From Opitutales bacterium (GTDB lineage Bacteria > Verrucomicrobiota > Verrucomicrobiia > Opitutales > PNEW01): a DNA stretch of 32,000 nucleotides. Both the position numbers and the translations under genes were made by a program. Within the stretch, counting starts at the first letter, position 1, and each line of letters begins with the position of its first letter. The stretch is from assembly GCA_965219535.1 (NCBI GenBank), contig CBDCNV010000002.1, positions 1,230,001 to 1,262,000 of the forward strand, given 5' to 3'. The notes under the pieces are model-generated. The model was not told where the DNA came from. It did not search any database and worked only from the letters and a program-made list of their open reading frames with translations. Shown one piece after another: positions 7,429 to 15,615 of this stretch.

Positions 7429-9513
7429 CTATTTTTCCTCTATGAATAAATTACCAAAACGATCCACCTTTGCTACGTAGTCGGGTAGGATGACGACCGT
7501 GGAATCGATTTCTTCGACAATAGCCGGCCCGTCGATACAATCGTCAGCTTTTAATTTATAGCGATCGTATATCTTGCAGGTGACACTTTTCCCCAGCTTT
7601 GAAAAGTAGACCGGACGTTTGGATTTAACCGCACCCGAGCTGTCACCGTCACCTGCTTCCAGTTCTCGCAATGTCGGTTTGCTGATTGAGCCGATCGCCG
7701 TCAATCTCAAGTTGACGACTTCCGTGGGTTCACTTGCGGTGGCGTAGCCGTAAGCCCGTTCATGCTCCTTAAAAAAAGCGGCATTGATTGATTCTTTGTC
7801 ATCCGCTTCAAGCAGTCGATTCTCAACGGGAATTTTTAATTCGTAGGATTGACCGATGTAACGGATGTCGAGATAGCGAAGAAAAGATATATCAGATGCT
7901 GGGATACCCTCCGAAGTGAGCACCTGTCGAGCCCGGGTTTCAAGGTCTTCGAAAATACGACTGTTAGCCTGCAGGTCTACGGTCTCCATCGGTGCAATGT
8001 TAGCTTGTACGTAGTCATGTTTAACATCGCTCACGAGTAGTCCCAAAGCCGAGGTAACACCGGGGCTCATCGGGATAAGAATTTTTGGAATTTCCAATTC
8101 TTGTGCTAGGTCATTGGCGTGCAGAGGACCAGCGCCGCCAAAAGCGACAAGGACGAATTCACGGGGATCAAAACCGCGTTGAACCGAGATCAAGCGAATC
8201 GCTCCCACCATGCTCGCGTTGGCTATCTGAATGATTCCGTCGGCCGCTTCGATGACATTCATTCCCAGTTGATCAGACAGTTTTTTAACTGCAGTTTCGG
8301 CAAGCTCGGGAAACAGTTTCTGCTCCCCCCCGATAAAGTAATCCGGGTTAAGGCGTCCGAGCAAAAGATTGGCATCGGTAATACAGGGATTTTCCTGGCC
8401 TTTGCCATAGCATGCTGGACCGGGATCGGCACCGCCGCTTCGAGGACCGACCCGCAACGCACCTCCCGGATCGACCCACGCGATGCTGCCCCCTCCCGCG
8501 CCAATTTCAACGAGGTCGATGACGGGGGTCCTGACAGGATAACCGGCAGCCCGGTTGTCAGCCACGGCTGCGCTTCCGACTTCGAAGTGGGGTGCGACCT
8601 TGGGCATACCGTCTTCAACCAACCCCACTTTTGCTGTCGTCCCGCCCATATCAAAGCTGATAAGGTTATCAACGCCCGCCATCTTACCGATGTAGGTCGA
8701 CGCGATAACTCCCGCTGCCGGTCCCGACTCGATCAGGTGAACGGGTTCTTTGCGGGCTACGTCCGAGGATGACATGCCGCCGGCGGAAGTCATTAAATGC
8801 AGTCCGGCTTTAACCCCCAGGGACTCAAGTCGGTTTTCCAGTTGGCCGAGATAACGGGTTACGATTGGCATCAGGAGTGAGTTGATCGCCGTCGTGCTGG
8901 CGCGAAAATACTCACGCATTTCAGGGCATAGATCTGAAGAGATCGACACGAATACATCTGGCATCTCTACGTCGATGATTTCCTTCACCTGTCTTTCATG
9001 CTCGGCATTGACGTAAGCATGAAGCAGGCAAACAGCGATAGACTCCACGCCTTCAACCTTTAACTGGCGAATCACTTCGCGGACACGCTCTGTTTCCAGA
9101 GGCTTCAAAACATCCCCGGCATAATCTAACCTCTCGGGTGCTTCACGACAAAGGTAACGCGGTATTAATGGCTTTGGTTTATCACAGAAAATGTCGTAAA
9201 GCGTGGGTCGGATCTGCCGGCCAATCTCAAAGACGTCACGAAATCCCTCGGTTGCAATAAAGGCTGTTTTGGCTCCTTTTCCTTCGATGATCGTATTTGT
9301 CGCCACCGTGGTTCCGTGGACCAGGTAGGAGACACGCGCCGGATCTATAGCGGATTCCTTGAGAACCCGTTCAGTCACATTCATAAAACCTATCGATGGA
9401 TCGTGAGGCGTACTCGACATTTTGATCAGGCGTAAATTTCCCGTCGCTTCATCCATCATCACGAGATCGGTGAAAGTACCGCCTATATCGACACCGAGTC
9501 GGTAGTCACTCAT
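7429..9513 (-). CDS. Hydantoinase/oxoprolinase family, A-type subunit (ATP-dependent lactam/hydantoin hydrolase or carboxylase family)
   Basis: 694 aa. It has the ASKHA-type motifs LGVDIGGTFTDLV and SFDMGGTTAKV. Its ATG overlaps the stop of the upstream gene as ATGA (9510-9513). Confidence 0.9.
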   Translation of the reverse strand: MSDYRLGVDIGGTFTDLVMMDEATGNLRLIKMSSTPHDPSIGFMNVTERVLKESAIDPARVSYLVHGTTVATNTIIEGKGAKTAFIATEGFRDVFEIGRQIRPTLYDIFCDKPKPLIPRYLCREAPERLDYAGDVLKPLETERVREVIRQLKVEGVESIAVCLLHAYVNAEHERQVKEIIDVEMPDVFVSISSDLCPEMREYFRASTTAINSLLMPIVTRYLGQLENRLESLGVKAGLHLMTSAGGMSSSDVARKEPVHLIESGPAAGVIASTYIGKMAGVDNLISFDMGGTTAKVGLVEDGMPKVAPHFEVGSAAVADNRAAGYPVRTPVIDLVEIGAGGGSIAWVDPGGALRVGPRSGGADPGPACYGKGQENPCITDANLLLGRLNPDYFIGGEQKLFPELAETAVKKLSDQLGMNVIEAADGIIQIANASMVGAIRLISVQRGFDPREFVLVAFGGAGPLHANDLAQELEIPKILIPMSPGVTSALGLLVSDVKHDYVQANIAPMETVDLQANSRIFEDLETRARQVLTSEGIPASDISFLRYLDIRYIGQSYELKIPVENRLLEADDKESINAAFFKEHERAYGYATASEPTEVVNLRLTAIGSISKPTLRELEAGDGDSSGAVKSKRPVYFSKLGKSVTCKIYDRYKLKADDCIDGPAIVEEIDSTVVILPDYVAKVDRFGNLFIEEK

Positions 9514-11285
9514 CGTGCTTCTTGCGATTTTTGAATTTCTTCGCGCAACTTCCTAGTTCCACTTTCATCGACTTCTCGTCGGTCGATAGCGATGACCACA
9601 CCGTATACTTCGCGGGCGCGCTGCGCGCTGACTTTACCATCGATAACATCCTCGAGCACCGCGAGGGGGTTGCGTTCGAGTGGATTGCCATACCCGCCAC
9701 CGCCGGGTGTCTTATAACTGATCGTGTCGTTGGCATTGAGGTTAAGAGTAATTTTGGACGGTAGTTCTTTTTGATCTCCCTCTGGATTTTGCGTGTAAGT
9801 GGAGGGTTGTCCACTCTGACCTCCGAACAAGCCCCAGGGTCCTTTCTTACGGTGGTCCGCGATGATTGTAAATGTCGCTTCGTGATTGGGGAACTGCCAA
9901 TCGCGTCGGAGGCCCAGCCCGCCGCGAAATTTACCTGCGCCTTCCGAGTCGGGAACCAACTCGTAGCGTGTGATGCGCATAGGGTAGTTGTTTTCCGTTT
10001 CCTCAATCGCCGAGTTCTCCGTGTTCTGGATATGAGGTTGTATGGCGTCGAGGCCGTCTTTGGTCGGTCGTCCACCGTAACCGCCCGCAAGGGTTTCCAT
10101 GAAAGTATAGTAATCACCTGAGCGCGGATCAACTCCACCGCACCCCATGTTACAAACCATACTTTTGCTGCAGGCGACGACCTTCTCCGGGATTGCAGCC
10201 GAAAATGCCTTGAAGCCGAGATCGACAAGGCGCAGGCATATATCGTTTCCGCCGACAACACCCGCGGGATGCAGCGCGTTTACAACTGTTCCTTCGGGGG
10301 CGTGGACATCTATTTGTGAATAAAACCCCGCGTTTACCGGAACATCAGAATCAATCAAACACTTCACTACATAGGATACGCCGGAATAGGAATAAGTTAA
10401 ATTAGCATTCATCGGTGAGGGGCGCTGCTTATCGGATCCGGTCAGGTCAAAGCTCACCCTTCCATCTTTAACCTCTGCTTGCATGACGAGTTTGACTGGT
10501 TGATCGGTAATGCCGTCATCGTCCATTTCACCTTCAGCGCAATATTTTCCCTCCGGTAGTTTTAAAATCTCACTCTTTGTCCACCGTTGGGTATAGCCTA
10601 TCAGTTCATCGGTAAAACTGAAAATCGCTTTTTCACCAAATCGTTCGAGGATCTCAAAGACACGCTTTTGACCCAGCATAGTCGAGGCGACTTGAGCGCG
10701 CAGGTCACCAGCCATTTGCTTGGGAGACCGGATGTTGGCGACGATCAAGTTAAAGACGTTATCAATAATTTTTCCTTCGCGAAGAATCTGTGTTGAGGGA
10801 ATGATGATACCCTCTTGATATATATCGGTTGAAAGGCACAATCCGCCCGGAGCCATGCCGCCTATATCAACATGGTGAGCTACCGCCGCCGTGTACCCCG
10901 TCAGTCTGTTCTTATAGAACAAGGGCACAATGATCGCGATGTCGTTCAGATGCATGGCGCCGTTGTGGGAATCATTCATCGCGATTCCATCACCAGGTGA
11001 CAACTTCTCTGCACCGTATTGACTTACCGCTGCCGGTATCATGCGTGTCATCGATGCTAAATGAATAGGTTGCGTAAAAGCCTGGGCAACGACGCGTAAC
11101 TTATCATCGTAGATCGCACAGGAATAATCTGCTCTCGTCTTGATGTTTGTTGAGTAAGCAGTTTTGCGTAATGCCGCGCTCATTTCTTCCGCCGCCGCGT
11201 TAAACGCGCTCCGCATGACTTCAAACTCGATCGGATCCATGCGCAGTCCTCTCGTCGTATTCATTGAGTCTGATTTTTTCGGCAT
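9510..11285 (-). CDS. Hydantoinase B/oxoprolinase family, B-type subunit
   Basis: 591 aa. DPIEFEVMRSAFNAAAEEMSAALRKTAYSTNIKTRADYSCAIYD is the typical N-terminal signature of this family. It is the first gene of the minus-strand operon. Confidence 0.9.
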   Translation of the reverse strand: MPKKSDSMNTTRGLRMDPIEFEVMRSAFNAAAEEMSAALRKTAYSTNIKTRADYSCAIYDDKLRVVAQAFTQPIHLASMTRMIPAAVSQYGAEKLSPGDGIAMNDSHNGAMHLNDIAIIVPLFYKNRLTGYTAAVAHHVDIGGMAPGGLCLSTDIYQEGIIIPSTQILREGKIIDNVFNLIVANIRSPKQMAGDLRAQVASTMLGQKRVFEILERFGEKAIFSFTDELIGYTQRWTKSEILKLPEGKYCAEGEMDDDGITDQPVKLVMQAEVKDGRVSFDLTGSDKQRPSPMNANLTYSYSGVSYVVKCLIDSDVPVNAGFYSQIDVHAPEGTVVNALHPAGVVGGNDICLRLVDLGFKAFSAAIPEKVVACSKSMVCNMGCGGVDPRSGDYYTFMETLAGGYGGRPTKDGLDAIQPHIQNTENSAIEETENNYPMRITRYELVPDSEGAGKFRGGLGLRRDWQFPNHEATFTIIADHRKKGPWGLFGGQSGQPSTYTQNPEGDQKELPSKITLNLNANDTISYKTPGGGGYGNPLERNPLAVLEDVIDGKVSAQRAREVYGVVIAIDRREVDESGTRKLREEIQKSQEAR

Positions 11286-11293
11286 AAGAATAT

Positions 11294-11310
11294 TATCGAG
11301 GACCTCGATA
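11294..11310. promoter_or_regulatory. Perfect 17-bp palindrome TATCGAGG-A-CCTCGATA, 8 nt upstream of the hydantoinase B start codon
   Basis: Read directly: 8+1+8 with perfect dyad symmetry. Its position fits an operator, or a small hairpin next to the translation start. Confidence 0.35.
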
Positions 11311-11469
11311 TGTTTTAAGTGTCAGGTGTTAAGTCAAAGTGCTGTAGATTAATACTTCAGTATTCGACTTATGATCATCAATAATCTCAATTCCCTTTAC
11401 GACAAAAAATAAATCAATTGAGACTTTTCTACTATGCTAACCTAAATTTCCGCTATGTAGAGACAAAGG

Positions 11470-11583
11470 GGTGGAGCGGGCTGCCTGACGGCCATTGCCT
11501 AACACTGCACAGCGACGGCTGTTCCCTAGCACGCTTCTTCAATTACATCATTCTTAAACGCGCTGGGGACAGCCCGTTCCACC
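11470..11583 (+). repeat. A-family palindromic element carrying a B-element insertion in its left arm (copy A2)
   Basis: ggtggagcgggctg[cctgacggccattgcctaacactgcacagcgacggctgt]tccctagcacgc - loop - aaacgcgctggggacagcccgttccacc. A degenerate fragment follows at about 11611-11643. Confidence 0.85.
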
Positions 11584-11643
11584 TTATTGCTTAACACATA
11601 AAACCTAAAACCCCTAGCACGCCATTACGGAGTGACGGCGGCT

Positions 11644-11670
11644 AATACCTAAAACTTAAAACCTAACACT
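11644..11670. repeat. Heptamer array (AAYACCT/AAAACTT type) x4
   Basis: aatacct aaaactt aaaacct aacactt, immediately 3' of the P1 stop hairpin. It is paralogous to 15554-15580 and appears inverted at 31111-31138. Confidence 0.8.
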
Positions 11671-11706
11671 TCTCGAAGAGATCACTCGATAGTGATCTCT
11701 TCGAGA
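11671..11706 (-). terminator. Perfect 16-bp-stem hairpin spanning the stop codon of the Ig-like protein gene (candidate terminator or mRNA 3' stabiliser)
   Basis: tctcgaagagatcact-cgat-agtgatctcttcgaga. The right arm on the + strand encodes the last codons (LEEIT) and the stop lies inside the structure. The downstream mRNA is only moderately U-rich (agtgttaggttttaagtttt). Confidence 0.45.
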
Positions 11707-13907
11707 ACAACCTCGATCGCATCGCCATCTTCATTGGCGAAGGTGGCATCGATACTCAGTGTCGGCTGAGGAGTCTCATCAGACTTGAAATTGTTCTGCG
11801 AGATCAGGGTCTCAAACCCGGTCGTCGTCGAACCACTTTCAGCGACGACGACTGCAGCACCGTTCGTCTGCAAGAGGTCACCACCGGTGATCCGCAAGCC
11901 GGGGTTGCCTGCTGCTACGGTAAAGGAGCCTTCACCGAAGAGAATGTGAGGTACTGCATCGCCATCAGCATCGATATCACCGATCGTTAAGCGTACCGCG
12001 ATCGGCACGCCGCGCGCATCAAAGCCGACATTGCCCGTGCTTCCACTGAACACAGCATTCGATAACTGCACCCCTCCCAGTCCCGTGGAGTTGACTACTT
12101 CCACGAGGGCCACATCGGCCTGGGCGTCATAGACCTGTCCTTCGGGGAACAGTGCCTGGTTAAAGGCGTTGATCCTGCCCACCGTGAAAATGCTGAAGAA
12201 GGTATTGGCGTCCGCTCCATCGATGACCACGCTCGGTTTTCCCGTTACATATTCGACGGCCTGGTTGTAGCGTGGGGGGACAGCTGGCGGCAGGAAGGTG
12301 GCTGGATCGAGGGTTACGGTAAAGGTACCGTTACCAGAAAATTCTACCTGCACAATGTCCTCGTTTTCGTCCATGAAGGAAACGCGGGTGATCTGTCCCG
12401 GTTTGGCTTGGAGTTGGACGGACTCTCCGGTGAGTAATATCTGGTCGAAGACGTTGCCGTTGGCATGCTGAATGTCTTCACCGGCGATATCTCCTGAGCC
12501 GTCAAGCACGAGGGGAATGGAAGGCGCTGATACGGTAACGACCGCGGTATCGCTGTCCGCTGTCCCACCGGTATTGGTAATCTGTACCCAGAAACTTGTG
12601 CTCGCGGTGAGCGCGCCCGTGTCTAAAGTTCCGGTCGTCGCGCCAGCGACGGGAGCAGCGATGTCACCGCTGTTACCGGTATACCACTGGTAAGTGAGAT
12701 CGTCGCCGCTGGCTGTGACGGACAAGCTAGCCGATGCTCCGGATGCGACTTCCTGGCTTGCCGGCTGCGTCGTGATAGAAGGAGCATCAGCGGGTGGGGG
12801 ACCTTCGGTTCCCGTGCCCGGGGCACCGATCGGGGTAAACCCAAAGTCGTCGAATGAAGTACGACTGAAATTAGGATTGATATCGGGGTTATCCTTCAAG
12901 ACCAACCTGCTAATGCCACCCGGGGCACCTAATTCATCTGCATTAATCGTTATAAAAGTGGGTTTGAACTCAGGGACAAGACTCCCTTCTAGATTCGTAA
13001 AAGTAGCGAGTAAATTATCGTTCGTATCGTAGACTTCGATTGAGCCATCGGGATCGTTCTGGCCTGATGAAACTGTGTGAGCTGCGAACGTATCTATTTC
13101 ATAAGCCGGGGTTTCAAAGGTTATGGTTGCTTCCTCGCCATTAAATATTCCATAAGAAGTAGACTGCGAGCGCACATAACTGCTACCATCTGAAAATGAA
13201 ACTATTATAGATCCTCCTTCAAAAGTAGCAGTATTTGGTGAAGTCCCAATGACCAAAGTTCCTCCCAATCCTTCACCCGCGCCAAATTCAGTAAAAGTCT
13301 CGTAAACCGTGTTGTTTGAGGGGAAGTCGGTCAGGGTGAATCCGAGGTCGTCGATCACGAGTTTTCCCGTAACATTTAGAAACTTCACTTCCCTTATCCC
13401 GTTAAGGAAATTAAAATCATCTTCATCCTGAAAAAAGCCACTGTCTGCGACAAAGCTGTATAAGGGGGGATTAGCGCCAGGGCTGATATTTGTTGGCAGT
13501 CCTTCGATAATACCTTCGTCGCCAATGACTGTATTAATTCTAGCGTCTGAGGAGAGTTGCTCACCGGTATTGATTTCTCCTCTTATCTCAAATTTGCCAG
13601 CGCCCGTGTTCTCGCCCGCATAAAATTCGAGAAATTGAATCCCCCTGTTGGAGACAATCCTTCCCTCCTGGCCTGGCCCCAGGGTTAAAGCCTTCGTTCC
13701 CGAATGTAACTGCGCTGGATCCTCTAAAGTTTCCACCGTGAAACCGACGAGCGTAACCACGTTTGGCTCCACACCGATGAAGATCGTCCCTTCACCGCTT
13801 ACGTTTTCGAAATCAGTGAAAATCTCGAGGTCTTGAGGCAGGGCGATGAGAAGAACGGGGGATATGACTGAAACAATGAAGAAGACGAGCGATTTTTTTA
13901 GTATCAT
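11682..13907 (-). CDS. Secreted protein with bacterial Ig-like domain (paralogue P1)
   Basis: I place the start at ATG 13907 (MILKKSLVFFIVSVISPVLLIALPQ, a signal-peptide-like start). This matches the start of the paralogue at 17827 rather than the tracked 13976. It has an Ig-like module, ITTQPASQEVASGASASLSVTASGDDLTYQWYTGNSGD...SFWVQITNTGGTADSDTAVVTV, and a C-terminal region with IGDIDADGD (Ca-binding-like). Confidence 0.8.
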   Translation of the reverse strand: MILKKSLVFFIVSVISPVLLIALPQDLEIFTDFENVSGEGTIFIGVEPNVVTLVGFTVETLEDPAQLHSGTKALTLGPGQEGRIVSNRGIQFLEFYAGENTGAGKFEIRGEINTGEQLSSDARINTVIGDEGIIEGLPTNISPGANPPLYSFVADSGFFQDEDDFNFLNGIREVKFLNVTGKLVIDDLGFTLTDFPSNNTVYETFTEFGAGEGLGGTLVIGTSPNTATFEGGSIIVSFSDGSSYVRSQSTSYGIFNGEEATITFETPAYEIDTFAAHTVSSGQNDPDGSIEVYDTNDNLLATFTNLEGSLVPEFKPTFITINADELGAPGGISRLVLKDNPDINPNFSRTSFDDFGFTPIGAPGTGTEGPPPADAPSITTQPASQEVASGASASLSVTASGDDLTYQWYTGNSGDIAAPVAGATTGTLDTGALTASTSFWVQITNTGGTADSDTAVVTVSAPSIPLVLDGSGDIAGEDIQHANGNVFDQILLTGESVQLQAKPGQITRVSFMDENEDIVQVEFSGNGTFTVTLDPATFLPPAVPPRYNQAVEYVTGKPSVVIDGADANTFFSIFTVGRINAFNQALFPEGQVYDAQADVALVEVVNSTGLGGVQLSNAVFSGSTGNVGFDARGVPIAVRLTIGDIDADGDAVPHILFGEGSFTVAAGNPGLRITGGDLLQTNGAAVVVAESGSTTTGFETLISQNNFKSDETPQPTLSIDATFANEDGDAIEVVLEEITIE

Positions 13908-14136
13908 GGTGATCTTTTTAATAGGTTGAATCTCAAAAGGGATGAAATTTCTAAAAAGAGATATATAGGGCGTCAAATGTTATTCTTCTTTTAATGAAAT
14001 CTTGATGGATAGGTTAAGAATACGACGCTATCAAAAATATTTAAGTATATCATAAGCAGTTACTTAATCATAGTGAACAGCATTCAGTGATCTTTATTCA
14101 GTTGAAAGGAACGATAATCAGCAAACGGGTGTAATT

Positions 14137-14167
14137 AAAAAAGAGGTGGGACTTGTGGTCCCACCTC
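14137..14167 (-). terminator. Rho-independent terminator (minus strand)
   Basis: The + strand reads aaaaaa-gaggtgggac-ttgtg-gtcccacctc. On the minus strand this is a 10-bp GC-rich stem with a 5-nt loop, followed by TTTTTT. It directly abuts the left end of the IS. Confidence 0.7.
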
Positions 14168-15542
14168 GGTATAGGTTCAAGACATTCTTTACACAAAAGG
14201 TTCAGGACATCCTTTACAGATTGCCAAAGAAAGAAGGATGCTAAGTAAGGGGTATGATGTCATGGAAGGAAACAAATAAAATGGACCAAAGATACCAATT
14301 CGCCCTGGAATCGATGCAACCGGGAGTAAAGATGAACGAGCTGTGTGAAGACTACGGGATCAGCCGACCGACAGGGTATAAATGGAAGAAGCGCTTCCTG
14401 AGCGAAGGGATGGAGGGGTTGCACGAGCGCTCACGCCGACCGCATGGAAGTGTTCAGGAACTATCCGAATCAGTAGTATGTACGCTGATCAAACTCAAGC
14501 ATCATCACCCGACGTGGGGCCCCTACAAGATCCGCGAGCTTTACCAGAGGCGTTACGGGAAGGCCCCCTCAGACTCGAGCGTGAAACGGGTCTTGGAACG
14601 TGCGGGACTGGTGCAAAAGCGTCGGCGCAGAAGCGCTCAAAAAAGCGGACGCCTTTACCGCAGCGTCAAGGCCAGTGGCTGTAACGAAGTGTGGAGCGTA
14701 GACTTCAAAGGGTGGTGGCACACCGTTGATGGCAACCGTTGTGAACCTTTGACGGTACGGGATGAATGGAGCCGCTATGTATTAGAGGTGCGGGTGCTCA
14801 GTTCAGCCCGTAGCGAAGCGGTGCGTGAATGCTTCACAAAACTCTTTGAACGCTATGGACTTCCCGCTTGCATCCGCAGCGACAACGGCAGTCCCTTTGC
14901 CAGTGCCAATGCGGTCCTGGGCCTGAGCAAACTGGCGGCCTGGTGGCTGGCCTTAGGGATCAATCTCGAGCGTGGACGTCCGGGTAAACCCCAGGATAAC
15001 GGTGCCCATGAGCGTCTCCATCGCGATATCAAAGAGGAGTTGCAAAAACATGCCCAGGACGATCTTCGCACCCAACAGGTGGCCTTCGATCTGTGGCGCA
15101 AGACCTTCAATGAAGAACGCCCCCATGCGGCTCTTGCCATGAGCACGCCCTCTGAAATCTATCAGCACAGCTCTCATCCTTACGGTGGCACTCCTGCCGA
15201 TATCAGCTATGATTTGATGACTCGCCGGGTCTCAAAAAGCGGGTCTATCAAACTCGATGGCTTCCAGATTCCTATCTCCACCGCCCTCGCCGGTTGGAGC
15301 GTTGGACTAAAACCACTAGACACGGTACACTTCGATGTTTACTTTGCCACTCTCAGAATCGGTCAGATTGACCTTTCAACGGCTGCTTTCATTGGGGCCG
15401 CTTGCGGCCCCAACAATGCCAGCCAAACCTCTAAAACCGCATAACATTAACTTAACTATATAACCCGATTACCGTTCAGCATCCCTCACAAAGTGTAAAC
15501 CATGTCTTGATCTAAATCTGTAAACCATGTCCTGGTTGTACC
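14168..15542 (+). mobile_element. IS481-family insertion sequence (boundaries approximate, +/- ~10 bp)
   Basis: It has a single DDE transposase ORF. The imperfect terminal inverted repeats each contain two 17-18-nt sub-repeats. Left: caagacattctttacac and caggacatcctttacag. Right: gtgtaaaccatgtcttg and ctgtaaaccatgtcctg. Homology between the flanks of P1 and P2 resumes at about 15553. A possible CCTC direct repeat sits at both junctions. Confidence 0.75.
14254..15444 (+). CDS. IS481-family DDE transposase (integrase core domain)
   Basis: 396 aa. The N-terminal HTH is NELCEDYGISRPTGYKWKKRF. DDE candidates are WSVDFKG, IRSDNGSPF and DNGAHERLH. Confidence 0.9.
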   Translation: MMSWKETNKMDQRYQFALESMQPGVKMNELCEDYGISRPTGYKWKKRFLSEGMEGLHERSRRPHGSVQELSESVVCTLIKLKHHHPTWGPYKIRELYQRRYGKAPSDSSVKRVLERAGLVQKRRRRSAQKSGRLYRSVKASGCNEVWSVDFKGWWHTVDGNRCEPLTVRDEWSRYVLEVRVLSSARSEAVRECFTKLFERYGLPACIRSDNGSPFASANAVLGLSKLAAWWLALGINLERGRPGKPQDNGAHERLHRDIKEELQKHAQDDLRTQQVAFDLWRKTFNEERPHAALAMSTPSEIYQHSSHPYGGTPADISYDLMTRRVSKSGSIKLDGFQIPISTALAGWSVGLKPLDTVHFDVYFATLRIGQIDLSTAAFIGAACGPNNASQTSKTA

Positions 15543-15553
15543 CCTCTATGTAT

Positions 15554-15580
15554 AACACCTAAAACTTAACACCTAACACT
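15554..15580. repeat. Heptamer array (AACACCT/AAAACTT) x4
   Basis: aacacct aaaactt aacacct aacactt. It is paralogous to 11644-11670. Confidence 0.8.
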
Positions 15581-15581
15581 T

Positions 15582-15615
15582 ATCGAAGAGATCACTCAAT
15601 AGTGATCTCCTCGGT
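15582..15615 (-). terminator. Stop-codon-spanning hairpin of paralogue P2 (15-bp stem, one mismatch and one G:U)
   Basis: atcgaagagatcact-caat-agtgatctcctcggt. It is the counterpart of 11671-11706. Confidence 0.4.

Noticed and set aside
9506-10261. Long antisense or alternative-frame ORFs inside large genes. Examples are 9506..10261, 8119..8772, 8259..8672, 6523..6894, 4345..4683, 12694..13032, 16681..16938, 14853..15146 and 23920..24351.
   Set aside because: Each lies wholly inside a longer ORF that has clear family motifs. Their translations are low-complexity and rich in Arg, Ser and Pro, as expected for shadow frames of moderately GC-rich genes. No independent start context supports them.
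11611-11643. A possible additional A/B composite copy (cccctagcacgccattacggagtgacggcggct).
   Set aside because: Only about 10-nt fragments resemble the A and B consensus sequences. It may be a decayed remnant, but it is too degenerate to annotate with confidence.
14382-14684. A second ORF inside the IS (14382..14684, alternative frame), as evidence for a two-ORF, programmed-frameshift transposase.
   Set aside because: The 396-aa ORF already contains both the HTH and the complete DDE core in one frame, as is usual for IS481-family elements. The overlapping ORF is an Arg/Pro/Gly-rich shadow frame.
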